DNA of 64,000 nt from Laetmonice hystrix. Lineage: Eukaryota. The stretch is from the NCBI GenBank assembly GCA_965235115.1, contig OZ249447.1, forward strand, positions 26,660,001-26,724,000. The letters run 5' to 3'. Position 1 is the stretch's first letter, and each line of letters begins with the position of its first letter. Positions 50,101-63,300 of this stretch are shown in pieces. The translations under genes and the position numbers were made by a program. Below the pieces are notes generated by a model. It made no database searches. It saw only the letters and a program-made list of their open reading frames with translations, and was not told the origin of the DNA.

Positions 50101-53100
50101 CGTCAACCCCCAGCGACATATTTACGTAGCCGCCTGTAATTACGGATCACTTCATTGTACAGGGCCGAGTAATTTGAAACATTCACGAAAGTTGAACAGA
50201 AAAACAGAAAAAGGCCGAGACAATGCTAATCAGATAGAAAGGTGTTTGGGAGTTGTTGAGGTAGGAGAGATTGCATCAGTCCCTGGCACGGAGTGGTAAG
50301 ATAGTGACCCCGGTAACAGTGCCGTGTCCTTAGCATAGAGGACGCTCTGCCGTCGCTGATTAGCGAGTTGCGTGTTCAGCGGGCCCAGCGAGCCCCCAAA
50401 GTGGCCAGTAGTCTCCGCTTTGTGGGCAGCTGTGATCCAAAGGCTCAGTGTTGACGGGCGGTGCCAGGCGCGAGGTGCCACGGCGCCGGTTTTAGCGGGT
50501 CATTACAGAGGTGAGAGCTGGGAGAAAGTGGTCAGCTGGGAGAGGGGGGTAGAGGGTGTCACCCTGTTATGTGAGCAGGTTGTAATCAACTCCTCCCTCA
50601 CCCTACCAATGAACCACCTGCTGCCGGAGTTAGCCGTCCTGTCCCCGGCAGCGCGACAGTACCCACCGCTCCTTGCCTGTCACGCTCAGGGGGAACAGAC
50701 AAACTGGGCAAGTACACCTGGGGACCCAATAATGATGGAATCCATGACAGAATTAAAGACTAGTCTTTGAGTTTATCCGGCATTTGATTTCTTTTCGATC
50801 ATCGCATCATTCCGGGTCTAAATGAATGGCCAAGAGTATGATAATAACAGGTTTTAGAGCTCCAGGAACTCTTTGAACGAACAGCGACAGCTACTAAAGG
50901 TGGTTGACGTGATCTTCTCTTTGATGTCATGTGGGGTGGTTTACTCTTTCAGTTTGATGTGATACTTCAGTCGGAGATGACAACTCATGTGTCGGTATCT
51001 GTTCCTGTGTTTCAGGTTCCTGAACAACAACAAAATAAACGTGCTGGAAAAGGGTGCCCTAGACAACCTCACATCTATTGAGTGGATCAAGCTCAACAAG
51101 AACAAGCTGCATCAGTTTCCCAAGAACCTTTTTGCCCGGCTGGGCAATCTCAAGTACCTGTAAGTACAAATGCTTTGCAGATTTTCTCAGCTTAAGGGGG
51201 AGCAGGTGCTGGCAGGTCAGATTGCAGAGAGAAACAGTGGTGCCAGAGATTGTAGAGAGAAGCAGTGGTACCAGGGGTTGCAGAGAGAAACAGTGGTGCC
51301 TGAGATTGCAGAGAGAAACAGTGGTGCCAGGGATTGCAGAGAGAAACAGTGGTGCCAGAGATTGCAGAGAGAAACAGTGGTGCCAGAGATTGCAGAGAGA
51401 AACAGTGGTGCCAGAGATGGCAGAGAGAAACAGTGGTGCCAGAGATTGCAGAGAGAAACAGTGGTGCCAGAGATTGCAGAGAGAAACAGTGGTGCCTGAG
51501 ATTGCAGAGAGAAACAGTGGTGCCTGAGATTGCAGAGAGAAACAGTGGTGCCAGAGATTGCAGAGAGAAACAGTGGTGCCAGAGATTGCAGAGAGAAACA
51601 GTGGTGCCAGAGATTGCAGAGAGAAACAGTGGTGCCAGAGATGGCAGAGAGAAACAGTGGTGCCTGAGATTGCAGAGAGAAACAGTGGTGCCAAAGATTG
51701 CAGAGAGAAACAGTAGTGCCAGAGAGTTGTTCCCTGATGCAGGGATAACAATGGCTGGAGTAATGCCGTTGATGGTGATCAATGACAAGAAGTAAATGGT
51801 ACAGTTTATTGTTAACGGGTCTGGGAGGAGAGAGAGCGGGCAGGAACTGGAGTGTTTCTCTCCGGAAACCGCGAGATCTATGCAGCTCTAAACGGACGGC
51901 AGTGTCCAATTTGGGCCTGACGGGCAGCTGGAAGGATGGAGTACCGACTGGCGGTGGTCGAGGTGGCCAGGCCTCCTCCTCCTCCTCCTCCTCCTCCCGG
52001 CGGATGGGGAGATGGAGAGTGATGCGGCAGTGTCGGAGGTACCAATGACTCAGTACTCAGGTCAGGTAATGCTAATGACAGGCCACGCCGACAGCTATGA
52101 GTCACTCCTCATTTCGGCTTTGAACTGGAGACGCAATTTGGTGACGGAGGAAACAGAATGGCTGTTAGGGGACCTGTGCCGGACAGTCCAGTGGCCATTA
52201 TTACCATCGTATGGGTCAATTCTGACCAGGAGCAGGCTAAACGGCTTTAAAGGGATAGGTAAAATGGGAGGTTCCCGGTTTGAAATATGTAGGACGAATT
52301 AAGATGACAATTTGCATGGTAACAAGGTAGACAATGAAGAACCCCTTGAGTCTCCCTCCCGTCGACCATTCCGCTAAACAAGGTACTTGTGGTTCATGCA
52401 GGTGTAGGGGGAGGGGCTCATTAAAACGCTGAGTGTGTGGTAGGGCTTGGGTCGGGGTAGGGGGTGGACACTTAAAGGGTGGTCAGTTGTGGAGGTCATG
52501 AGGTCATAACCCTGCAAGCGGCGCTGACCCGCGGCCGTGTAACTGTGGCTGTCGCCCAACCTCCAATGTAACCCGAGAAACGATCTTTCTCCCCTTTACT
52601 GGAGCATGCAAGCGGTGCCCTGAATACTAAAACAGACCATTGGAAACCGGAGACGGCGCGGAAAACAATGCTTGCCTACACTGAGGCAAGCAACACTCAG
52701 CTTTCATCCAATGGGTTCTGACCCGAACACAGAATTACTGAGAACTCGCGAATTACATAACTTCACATAGCCAATACTGGGACACTGAGGGACACTAGTA
52801 ACTGGGACACTGAGGGACACTATAGTGTATCGTTTTGATAATTAATGGGGTTCATTCAAAGGCATTATAAAGGGCTTCGTTTTGGGTGTACTTGTTTGTG
52901 TCAGCAGACTTATAACCAGGTTAGGTGTGGTTTACTCGTTAGGGGAATCAAAAATGTCTAACAGAAGTTGAGCTCGTCATGAAGTCCAGGAGTGGCCGGA
53001 TGGGAACTGATGTCAACTCGTGGTACATGGGGTGCAATACTGGTGGCGATGGTCGCGGAATATTAAAACTATGTGAGCGGAGACAGAGGCGTGAAACCCA

Positions 53101-54273
53101 CACTTTCATTGTGGCCTGACTCCTGCTATAGTCGTGTCGCTATGTCTGGGGGCAATATTAACACAGAGTCCGGCAAATGCCGCCCGCTGTCCCCGCCACC
53201 GCTGGCAAAGAGGCCCTCGGGCGCTTGCCGACATGGCCAACACAAATTGGAGGACGCGATTGATGGCGATGTGCGAGAAGTTCAGTCAGGTCAGAGTGTG
53301 CTGAGGTCCAACAGGGGGCCGAGGTGGTAGCAACACTGCGACAGTCATCGGACTTGTGGCGGCGTCCGGCCCGCCCGGCCCCCCGCCCGGCCTCCGCCCG
53401 TGGCCAGCGGCAGAGCGCCCGGCTCCCTTTCCGACATGCCGACATGTGCCCCCAGCCTCGCGTCCGCAACTCTCCAGATTGATATCCATTCAGTTGTATG
53501 GTCATTTCCACTGCTGGCTACCGGCCATTTCCGAGCGCCACCTCACATGGCACTGTATAAGGGGGCAGAAGCTGACAGCCCGCAGTGACAAATGAATTCC
53601 AATTTGGCCACCGATTGTAATTGCTGTATTGCTATTAGTGCCACAAATGTGAGTGTTCATCCGGGCGGCAGAGGCCAATCTGACCCGGGTTCCTGACCCT
53701 GGTATCAATCACGTAGCATGGCATTGTGCTGTGACACACGGGGGCATCCACATTGTCAGGGAGTGGTCGGATTGGGGAGGGAGCAGGGGGGTGGACGGAC
53801 AACAGGAGACAAATAGCCGGTACTGGCCATCACACCCAGCGTCATTAGTGAATGCGAGCGGAGGAAATTAAAAGGCAGCCAAGTTGTGTTGCGATCCGAG
53901 CATATGACGTCTGTTTGGAAGGTTAATGGTCACCAAGCATGCAAGCTTGTCAGGTCGTTGGAAGTTATAGGAGCCAGTCAAGAATTGGTCAGGGTGATTG
54001 ACTGGCCAGGAAGGAGAATCTGTCGGGATGAGTGACTGGGAAGGGGACGCGATGACTGGCACTGCTGATGTCATCGGGTTTCATAAAGAAACTAAATACA
54101 ATCATGGTTGGTATTGTACTGATTTGTGACATGAATGTGGCACAAGGGAGGAGAGGAATGAGGTGGGGGGGGGGGGGACTTTGGTAACACCTCCTGGCCG
54201 TGGTGAGGCGAGGCGGTTAGGGCACATTGGTTACAGTGTTGACACCACTGTCATCGGCCATCTGCTGCTGTCA

Positions 54274-54304
<31 letters not shown>

Positions 54305-57300
54305 TTCTGCTGCTGCTGTCGCTGTCACTGCTGCTGTTGCTGCTCCCGGTCAGCTCCCACCAAAGGCAGCACAGCATCCAGCATAGAAGGAAAATAATTG
54401 GCTAATTTGGCAGCCTGCTCAAAAAAATAAGTTCACTTATCTCTTTTGACATTGTGATGTTCGTGACATGAGCAAGGCATTAACTTTATAAATGGTGGGA
54501 TCGGTTGGCAGCGGTCGGTTGTTTGTCTGAGTCAGAGCTAGGGGCGGGAGGGGACGGGGGGGGGGGTCCATCAAGATTGATTTAATGGCTTGCTCGTCCC
54601 TTGTGGAATTTGTAATAACTGCTTGAAATGACACACCTTGAGATGAATTGTTCATTTTGCATCTTGTTATATTTTTGACATTTAATGACTCATGCCTGGC
54701 ATGCCGGAGTTAGAATAGATGTAAATGTAGTCACCAGGCGCTATTCATGAGGAGTATCGTGTCAAACTTGTCAAATTACAACGGTTATCGATTAGAGTTC
54801 TTTTTATATTATTAAAAGCAAATGCACAAGAGCGATTTTCGGCATGGCTATCCTACAGTGTCAAAATCAGCTTCGCCAAGTATTAAAATTCGTAGTGTAA
54901 AGATTATCCTGTCATCTGATGTAAATTATGGGTTGAATTTAGTAGAATGGACTGATTTGATTTTGTTTTACCATTGTCTGTTGCAGGGAGTTGAATCGTA
55001 ATAAGTTCCGCAGTGTGGAGGGACTGGCCTTCCAGGGTTTGGAGAATTTAACCACTCTGAAACTCCGGCGGAACTCAATCACCGAGCTAATGGACGGCGC
55101 CTTCTGGGGACTACAGCACAACCTGCAAAACCTGTGAGTGGTCAACTCTTGAAATCAGGGAACTGTACATAATGAAATAGGCGCAGACTGTAGACGTCAG
55201 CGGCCGGTACAGGTCGATGTCAATGAGCGAGATGTCAGAATCAAACAAAGGGTTTCCGTAACGGGTTTTATTCCCGCTCAGTCAGCGGCAACGTCCGCGC
55301 TGATGAAATGAAAATAAACGCGCAATGAGTGTTCAAGTGGGGTTCACGGGGTTGAAGAGCAGTAAGTGTGTTTACACGTCATTGACATGGGTCTCACCGT
55401 TCACACCATGGGTACCGACCTTCACCACTACACCTGTCCCGGGCCAGGTATCGCCACCACTGGCCTGGCCAGTTTAATTGAAAGTGACAGTAAACCCTTG
55501 GTCTGGTATCGCATTACGCCATTACACGACTGGCCAGGTCGTTGGTCAGGGTGCCGTCGGTAGTGGGCGCGGCTGCTCACAGAGGGCGCTGCGGGCCGGC
55601 TGGGCACGTTTTGTTTGTCAGTCGGTCAGTTTCCACCTGTTTTCACAACTGCTTATAATGTCAAGACGACAAGATTGTTTAATTAGTAAACCACCTTGAG
55701 GGGTGAATGTTAGGTCATCAGCGGGGGAGATGCAGGGTTTGACACGTACCGGGTGGTGAACAGAGAGGTATGATTACCTTTGGGCTTAGAGAAAATCCGT
55801 TGACAATAATTGGGACCGCTTTCATCCGGAAATATCCCGGTTCAGCAGAATCCAGTCTAGTCTATGAGGATATATCTTTCACCGAAATGCCGGGGTAACG
55901 TGTAGTATTGTTGAATGAATGTCAAAATTATGTAATTTATTTTAACCGCTATCCCTTTTTATTTTTCAGCCAACTTGACCATAATAATATCACTTCAGTG
56001 ACCAAAGGCTGGCTGTACAAGCTGAGTTCTCTGCAACAGTTGTAAGTATCTACCTTCTCTAACATTAGGCTAACTGCTAACAGACTTGCATACTCTACGT
56101 TATGGTTACTAGGTTAGGGTACTAGGGTAAATATATATTTTTCCTGTCTCTGTAGTACTTGAGAAACGTTATAGTATTTTGAAGGTTTCACGAGCAGGGG
56201 GGGAGACGTTATTTTAGAGGTTGTATATGTATGCCATGACTATAGGATTTGGTGGAGTAGGGGAGATCGGTTAATGTCAGGGAGTGGATACTTGTGTCAT
56301 TACGTGCCGGAAGTACCTGCTCCTGGTGGTGGATCCCCGTACTACAGACAGGAGATGGTTCCCAGGGGTTCCTACCACCACGGAACCGCTACCACTATGA
56401 GTACCAGTATGGAACCGCTACCACTATAACCAGTATGGAACCGCTACCCCTATAGCCAGTATGGAACCGCTACCACTATAAGTACCAGTATGGAACCGCT
56501 ACCACTATAACCAGTATGGAACCGCTACCACTATAACCAGTATGGAACCGCTACCCCTATAGCCAGTATGGAACCGCTACCACTATAAGTACCAGTATGG
56601 AACCGCTACCCCTATAGCCAGTACCAGTATGGAACCGCTACCACTATAACCAGTATGGAACCACTATAACCAGTATGGAACCGCTACCACTATAACCAGT
56701 ATGGAACCACAATAACCAGTATGGAACCACTATAACCAGTAAGGAACCGATACCACTATAACCAGTAAGGAACCGATACCACTATAACCAGTAAGAAACC
56801 GATACCACTATAACCAGTAAGGAACCGCTACCACTATAACCAGTAAGGAACCGATACCACTATAACCAGTAAGGAACCGATACCACTATAACCAGTATGG
56901 AACCGCTACCACTATAACCAGTATGGAACCGCTACCACTATAACCAGTATGGAACCGCTACCACTATAACCAGTAAGGAACCGCTACCACTATAGCTAGT
57001 ATGGAACCGTTAGCACTATAACCAGTATGGAACCGCTACCACTATAGCCAGTATGGAACCGCTACCACTATAACCAGTATGGAACCGCTACCACTATAAC
57101 CAGTAAAGAACTGCTACCACTATAGCTAGTATGGAACCGTTAGCACTATAACCAGTATGGAACCGATACCACTATAACCAGTAAGGAACCGCTACCACTA
57201 TAACCAGTAAGGAACCGATACCACTATAACCAGTATGGAACCGCTACCACTATAACCAGTAAGGAACCGATACCACTATAACCAGTATGGAACCGCTACC

Positions 57301-60300
57301 ACTATAACCAGTATGGAACCGCTACCACTATAACCAGTATGGAACCGCTACCACTATAACCAGTAAGGAACCGCTACCACTATAGCTAGTATGGAACCGT
57401 TAGCACTATAACCAGTATGGAACCGCTACCACTATAGCCAGTATGGAACCGCTACCACTATAACCAGTATGGAACCGCTACCACTATAACCAGTAAAGAA
57501 CTGCTACCACTATAGCTAGTATGGAACCGTTAGCACTATAACCAGTATGGAACCGATACCACTATAACCAGTATGGAACCGCTACCACTATAACCAGTAA
57601 GGAACCGATACCACTATAACCAGTATGGAACCGCTACCACTATAACCAGTATGGAACCGCTACCACTATAACCAGTATGGAACCGCTACCACTATAACCA
57701 GTAAGGAACCGATACCACTATAACCAGTAAGGAACCGCTACCACTATAACCAGTAAGGAACCGATACCACTATAACCAGTAAGGAACCGATACCACTATA
57801 ACCAGTAAGGAACCGATACCACTATAACCAGTAAGGAACCGATACCACTATAACCAGTATGGAACCGCTACCACTATAACCAGTATGGAACCGCTACCAC
57901 TATAACCAGTATGGAACCGCTACCACTATAACCAGTATGGAACCGCTACCACTATAACCAGTAAGGAACCGCTACCACTATAGCTAGTATGGAACCGTTA
58001 GCACTATAACCAGTATGGAACCGCTACCACTATAGCCAGTATGGAACCGCTACCACTATAACCAGTGTGGAACCACTATAACCAGTAAGGAACCGCTTCC
58101 ACTATAACCAGTAAGGAACCACTATAACCAGTAAGGAACCGCTACCGCTATAACCCGTATGGAACCGCTACCACTATAACCAGTATGGAACCGCTCGCGC
58201 CTGTTCCTGCTCGTGTTGTCCGAAGCCTGAAGCCTTTAGCCTAGAAAAACTACGTCGGGGCGAGTTGAGCATCGAAGTATTATTGTAAAGACGGCAAGAT
58301 GCTGGAGAAGCTGGTTGATCATATGGGAACAATATATTAGGCCAAGGCAGGACGAATGGTTCGGGCGTGGGTAGGGTAGAGCAGGGATTGCTTGTTTTCA
58401 CAGACTGTCCACAGCCGAGCCGGGGGGTGCAGGGAGGTGGTGGCCTGGGTCCCGCCATATGCTGGCCAGCCCGGTTAATACTGGCCTGTTTGGTTGCTAA
58501 CTGCCCCCATCTAAATGTGTTCACCAGACATGGCCATCCCACGCTTGGATTAACCCATCAGGGTTTATCATAATCTTAACATTTGAAAGGTCCCGAATGT
58601 TACCAGCCAGTAGTACTTGTCGGCTTTACAGATAGATCAAAAGTAGGACCCCCCGCCCACCCTGCCCATCCTGTGAAATTTAAAATAGGATGAACGTAAA
58701 ATCAACTTGATTTAGATTTGATTCCAGTGGCGAACGTGTTGGTACCCAGTAGGCTAAACTAAAATAACGGGAAGCGTGTTTGTGGCAAGTGTTATACTAG
58801 TTACTATCAGGACTTCCATTTGACATGGCTGTGGCATTCAGATATGTTAAGTACTTTTCCTGTCAGGGAATGAAATTTTAGTTGGGTGAGGGGGAGATTT
58901 CAGATGGGATTTGGGTCTGGGCTCGGCGGGCCGTTCCCCTGACCCCCTGTTAGTCCACACAAACGTAGGTCGAGGCATCCCGGCGGCAGGTCAACTGGCC
59001 CCCTGGTGGTCACCAAGGGAATCATCAACCAGAAGGCACCATTTCATTATAGGGCGCTGAGGGGTGTAACGACTACCCCACTGGTGATTCCACCTTGAGA
59101 CACTAGGGGGCAGCAGGGGGTACGTGCAGCTGGTTTATGGCCGTCACAAAACACAAGTACCCCATCCCACACATCACCCCACCCCTTCTTGAGGAAGGAT
59201 TCTAAATCCCGGGTTAATATTAGACGCCCAGGAGCCGGCAATCAACGGTTGCTTAGAGGGGTCCAGTCCTCCATACCAACCCTGTGGTCTGCAAGATTTC
59301 ACCCCAGGGGCAAGATATATGTAACAATCTAAGAGCTTGCTTTACATGCGCCCCACCTGGGGGATATAGCCCACCCCCGTCCTCCTGTTAGAGATATGTT
59401 AAAATGACGGTGGTGTATCTGTAGAGATATGTTAAAATGGCGGTGGTGTATCTGTATGAGAAAGTATCGCCACATTGACCACACCACAGACCTTACTTTA
59501 TGTACCTGATGGTCGGACGAGAGAATAAATACAATCATATCTCACCCTGCTGTCATGGAGTCTGGGCTCCAGCGGCAACTTCTGAGTAGATCAGAGAAAT
59601 ACATTAGAGTTGCTTGACGACACATGATTGGGAGCATGACATATCAAAGGTACGGTAGAAATTATTGCTGCGCCAATAGCCGCCGTGTTTATTTTGAGCA
59701 GCTGGCTTGACAACGGTTGACGTAAAAAGTGGAGCCAAGTGGCTGTACGCTCGTCTTTTGGCAAGTTTCTTTTGTAGTAACGTGGCAAGAAAAATGCGTT
59801 TGGATATTTGAATGAGATTTGAGAGTATTGTGGGTGAGATTGGTGAGGAGGGGTGAAGAATGGTCGGGGTTCAGTAAATATGTGAGGCTTGGGAATTAAT
59901 AAGACTGCGGTGAGGGGGAGCTGGGTAACCGGCTGGGGAGAGGCGACAGTTCCAATCGGCGGGGAGAGGAGGGGGGGTAGGAGGGGGAGGGGGAGTAGAA
60001 GAGTCAGAGGGCCATGTTTGGCGAGGACCAACAGAAAATAATTGATGGTTTTCGGAGGTGCCGATGGTGTCGGGGTGAGTGTATGCACACACGTGGGCCC
60101 ATTGTGGCGGCCAGGCAGGGAGAGCTGCGTTCCTCCACGCCGGATCAGGACGGTTGGAGATGGGACATGACGAACACAATAGGACGACCGGCGTCCGGCG
60201 TCACACGCTGATGGCCGGCCCTCTCACACAACTATTGTAACATTCACCAACTGTGTACACCACCAACAAAAATGACCCGCAACTTTCTATAATCATGTGG

Positions 60301-63300
60301 TAGTCGAGTAAACGACCTGGACGACAAGTGGTGCTGTCTTTGTGTGGCAGGGAGCCGGGCGTGTTTGTCGACCAGGAGCGGTACAGTTCAAGGTGTAGCA
60401 ATCCAGCGAGGTGTTACCGTGTCGCTCTGTGTTGATTCAGTGGCCGTGAGATCGTCGCTGGGCCCCCTCCTGCATGCTGCAAACATAAAATGAAATCCAA
60501 TGGCCAGTTGCCTCTTTCTGTGCCTGTCTTAATTTGTCTGCCTCAATAATGTGGGCGCAGTGTGGGGAATTTATGGGGTTAGCCCCGGTCATGCCTTGCC
60601 CATGATACCTTGTATTTATCCAAGCACGCTCGCTTGTCACCGTCTGTGTCTTCGTATTGTGGTGGCTTTAAACGGCTAAGGGATGTTCTCACAACAGGTG
60701 TGCGCTGTTCACACAGGACCTGTCTGTTCCTCCCCGGGACCATCCTCTCACAGACCCCCGTATACCTCACCAGCTGCACACTCTCGTAAACAGCACCCGG
60801 CCACAGGCAGAATTAAACCGTGTTTATTTGGCAAGGCTTTTTCCTCATCTCGATCAAAATGTGCGTGTGATTAAACGGGGCCTGTGAATCATCGCTGCGA
60901 GTCTGCGAGACAGGATGAAAAATATTGTCCCAGGTGGGGAGGCGTTGGGCAATGTGGGGACAGCGGGGCGCACGTGTTTTCCTATGGTCCGGGATATGGG
61001 GGCCGTGTTGTCTTAGAAGGTTGCCATAAGGCCCGGGGAGGGGCTGCTTCCACTCCGGGCTACTCTAGGGCACGGTTTGGGGAGAAGGGAGGAGGCAGTG
61101 ATTGTCTCCCACCCCTGGGGGTTACCTCAATACGTCCAATCTCACCTTCTCCAGGGCATCGCGCCTGAAATCAAGGCGAATCCCAAGTTTGTGAAGCTAG
61201 ATATATGATCACAGCTTGGGGGATTATCCCTGAATGGTCTGATCGCCCCTGGTTTTAACATCACGTGGGATTAACTAAAAGACATGGTGCCAGCCTCCGG
61301 GCTGGTATTGATGGTGATGAGAGTGAAGAGTTATCTAAACACGGTAGTTGGGGATATCAAGGCTCTGGTTACGACCTGACCCTGGTTGACTTGGTGATGG
61401 TGTGAACACGGTTAGAAATGTGGGAGGAAGGATTCCACCGAAGTGTGTGGTCACCGTGATGGCGGGTGGTGGTTGGGATGTTGGTGGGTAGAGGGAGTGG
61501 CTGTCAGTGTTGTGATGGCCTCCTTTCTCCCATCCTCCCCACCTCCCCATCCCGGCCTCACCAGCCTCCCCATCCCCCGGCCTGTCCTCATGGCGTGTTT
61601 TCCTTGTATCCCTTCAGGTCACTGACGCACAACAAGATCAGTCGTATCGACTCCGACAGTTGGGATTTCTGCCAGCAACTCTGGGAACTGTAAGTTACCA
61701 CTAAACAGTTATATGTAACTTGATTGGTTCTTCTAAACAAAATCCGTGTAATTTGTACACCAAACTTTTTTCTCCGCCTTGTGTCTATTGTCAGATTACA
61801 TACAAAGCGTGGTTTTTAGTAAGAAAAAACCGAATCCCTGAGTGAAAGGCCTGATAATTACTGCTAACTCTACAAGCCCTTTGCGCCCTATCATCATGTA
61901 ATGATACCTTCAGATAAACTGCTTGCTGAGATTTTTTATGAGTAGTGGCAGAGATTATAGTTGTCGGTGTAAATGTGGCATATTGACAGATGTTGTTTCT
62001 TCTCCAGGGACCTGTCTCATAATAACGTGACGGCTATCTCTGAGGGCACCTTCTCCAAGCTGAAGGCACTCAAGGTGCTCCTCCTCAACAATAATCACAT
62101 CTCTTTCATCGGAGTCCATTCGTTCGCCGGCCTCTCATCACTACAAATACTGTAAGTAACATTGGCACGCCGTGAAAAAAGTACGCTATCACAGGTTATT
62201 TGTAAACCGCAAGTCGTTGACGGGCAAGGAATAAAGGGGTGGGGAATGCAGTACTGCCACCTAGCGGCGAGTGTGGATGTGCTGCCACCTAGTGTAGAAA
62301 TGTGGAGTTACATTGACATTGACTTTGTTGTAATTCCTGACGGGGTGTTGTTTTACAGGGAGATGAACAACAATGAAATATCGTGGACGATCGAAGACAT
62401 GAGTGGAGCGTTTGATGGACTTCAGGCCTTGAGTCGACTGGAGTTAGACAGCAACCGAATCAAATCCATCGGGAAGCGGGCGTTTTCAGGCCTGGAACAA
62501 TTACAGCATCTTCATCTCAATAATAATACAATCAACTCGATCCAGAGCAATGCTTTCTCACACATCCCAAGTCTGAGGGAACTGTAAGTAGATTTCTACT
62601 TACTGTTGGTGTCTTTACACAGCCATTTTCCTGATTTGTACCTTTGGTAACCTTAAATCGCAGAAAGCTTTAAAAAAAATAAAAACATTTTTGTTGTTTG
62701 TTTCAGACGGTTAAACTCGACGAACCTTCTGTGTGACTGTCAGTTGTCATGGTTACCAAAGTGGCTGAAGGATGCAGGTTTCCAGGAGACAGTGGATGGA
62801 CGCTGTGCTCATCCGGATTCATTAAAGGGTCGCAGTATCTTTGACATTGCTCACGAAGACTTCAAATGTAGTAAGTAATAACAGCAGGTCATGCCGTAAA
62901 ACATCTTTGAATTTTTATTTTTAAGCCCAAAATGATCCCTGGACCTTTCCAAAGAAAGATATTGTTAAGGTCATAAGCTCCCTTACCTCATAACCTAACA
63001 AACATAATGAGTTTTATTGCTAGTCTTTTAGCCAAAGAAAGATATTATATTAAAGCTACTCTGCCATCCGCTCTCCTCAGACTTCATTGTGAATTGTTGT
63101 GTGTTGCAGGTGATTTCCCACGCCCCATCATCATGACAGACCCACTGGAGCAGGTGGTACTCCGGGGTGAGAACGTCACCCTGCGGTGTCAGGCAGCCTC
63201 CAGCTCCGAGTCGCCCATGACAGCACAGTGGAAGAAAGACAATATTGTGAGTCAATGTACCATCATCTTTGGTAGTCTCAGTCGTTGTAAATAGATATCT

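Noticed and set aside
48942-51909. Repetitive ORFs over the 32/35-bp and 28-bp arrays
   Set aside because: Tandem-repeat artefacts.
54163-54405. Poly-Leu / poly-Gln ORF
   Set aside because: Translation of an intronic (CTG)n repeat.
55292-55318. Hammerhead-like core GTC..CTGATGA..GAAA
   Set aside because: Stems II and III cannot form (GAAA is followed by A, and the spacer is only 3 nt).
2053-58195. CRISPR-like appearance of the tandem arrays
   Set aside because: Units are contiguous with no unique spacers, there are no cas genes, and the context is a spliceosomal eukaryotic gene.
63081-63109. Alternative upstream acceptors for exon 13 (63080) and exon 4 (38856)
   Set aside because: Both are out of frame with early stops and there is no evidence of use; the downstream AGs give the conserved protein.
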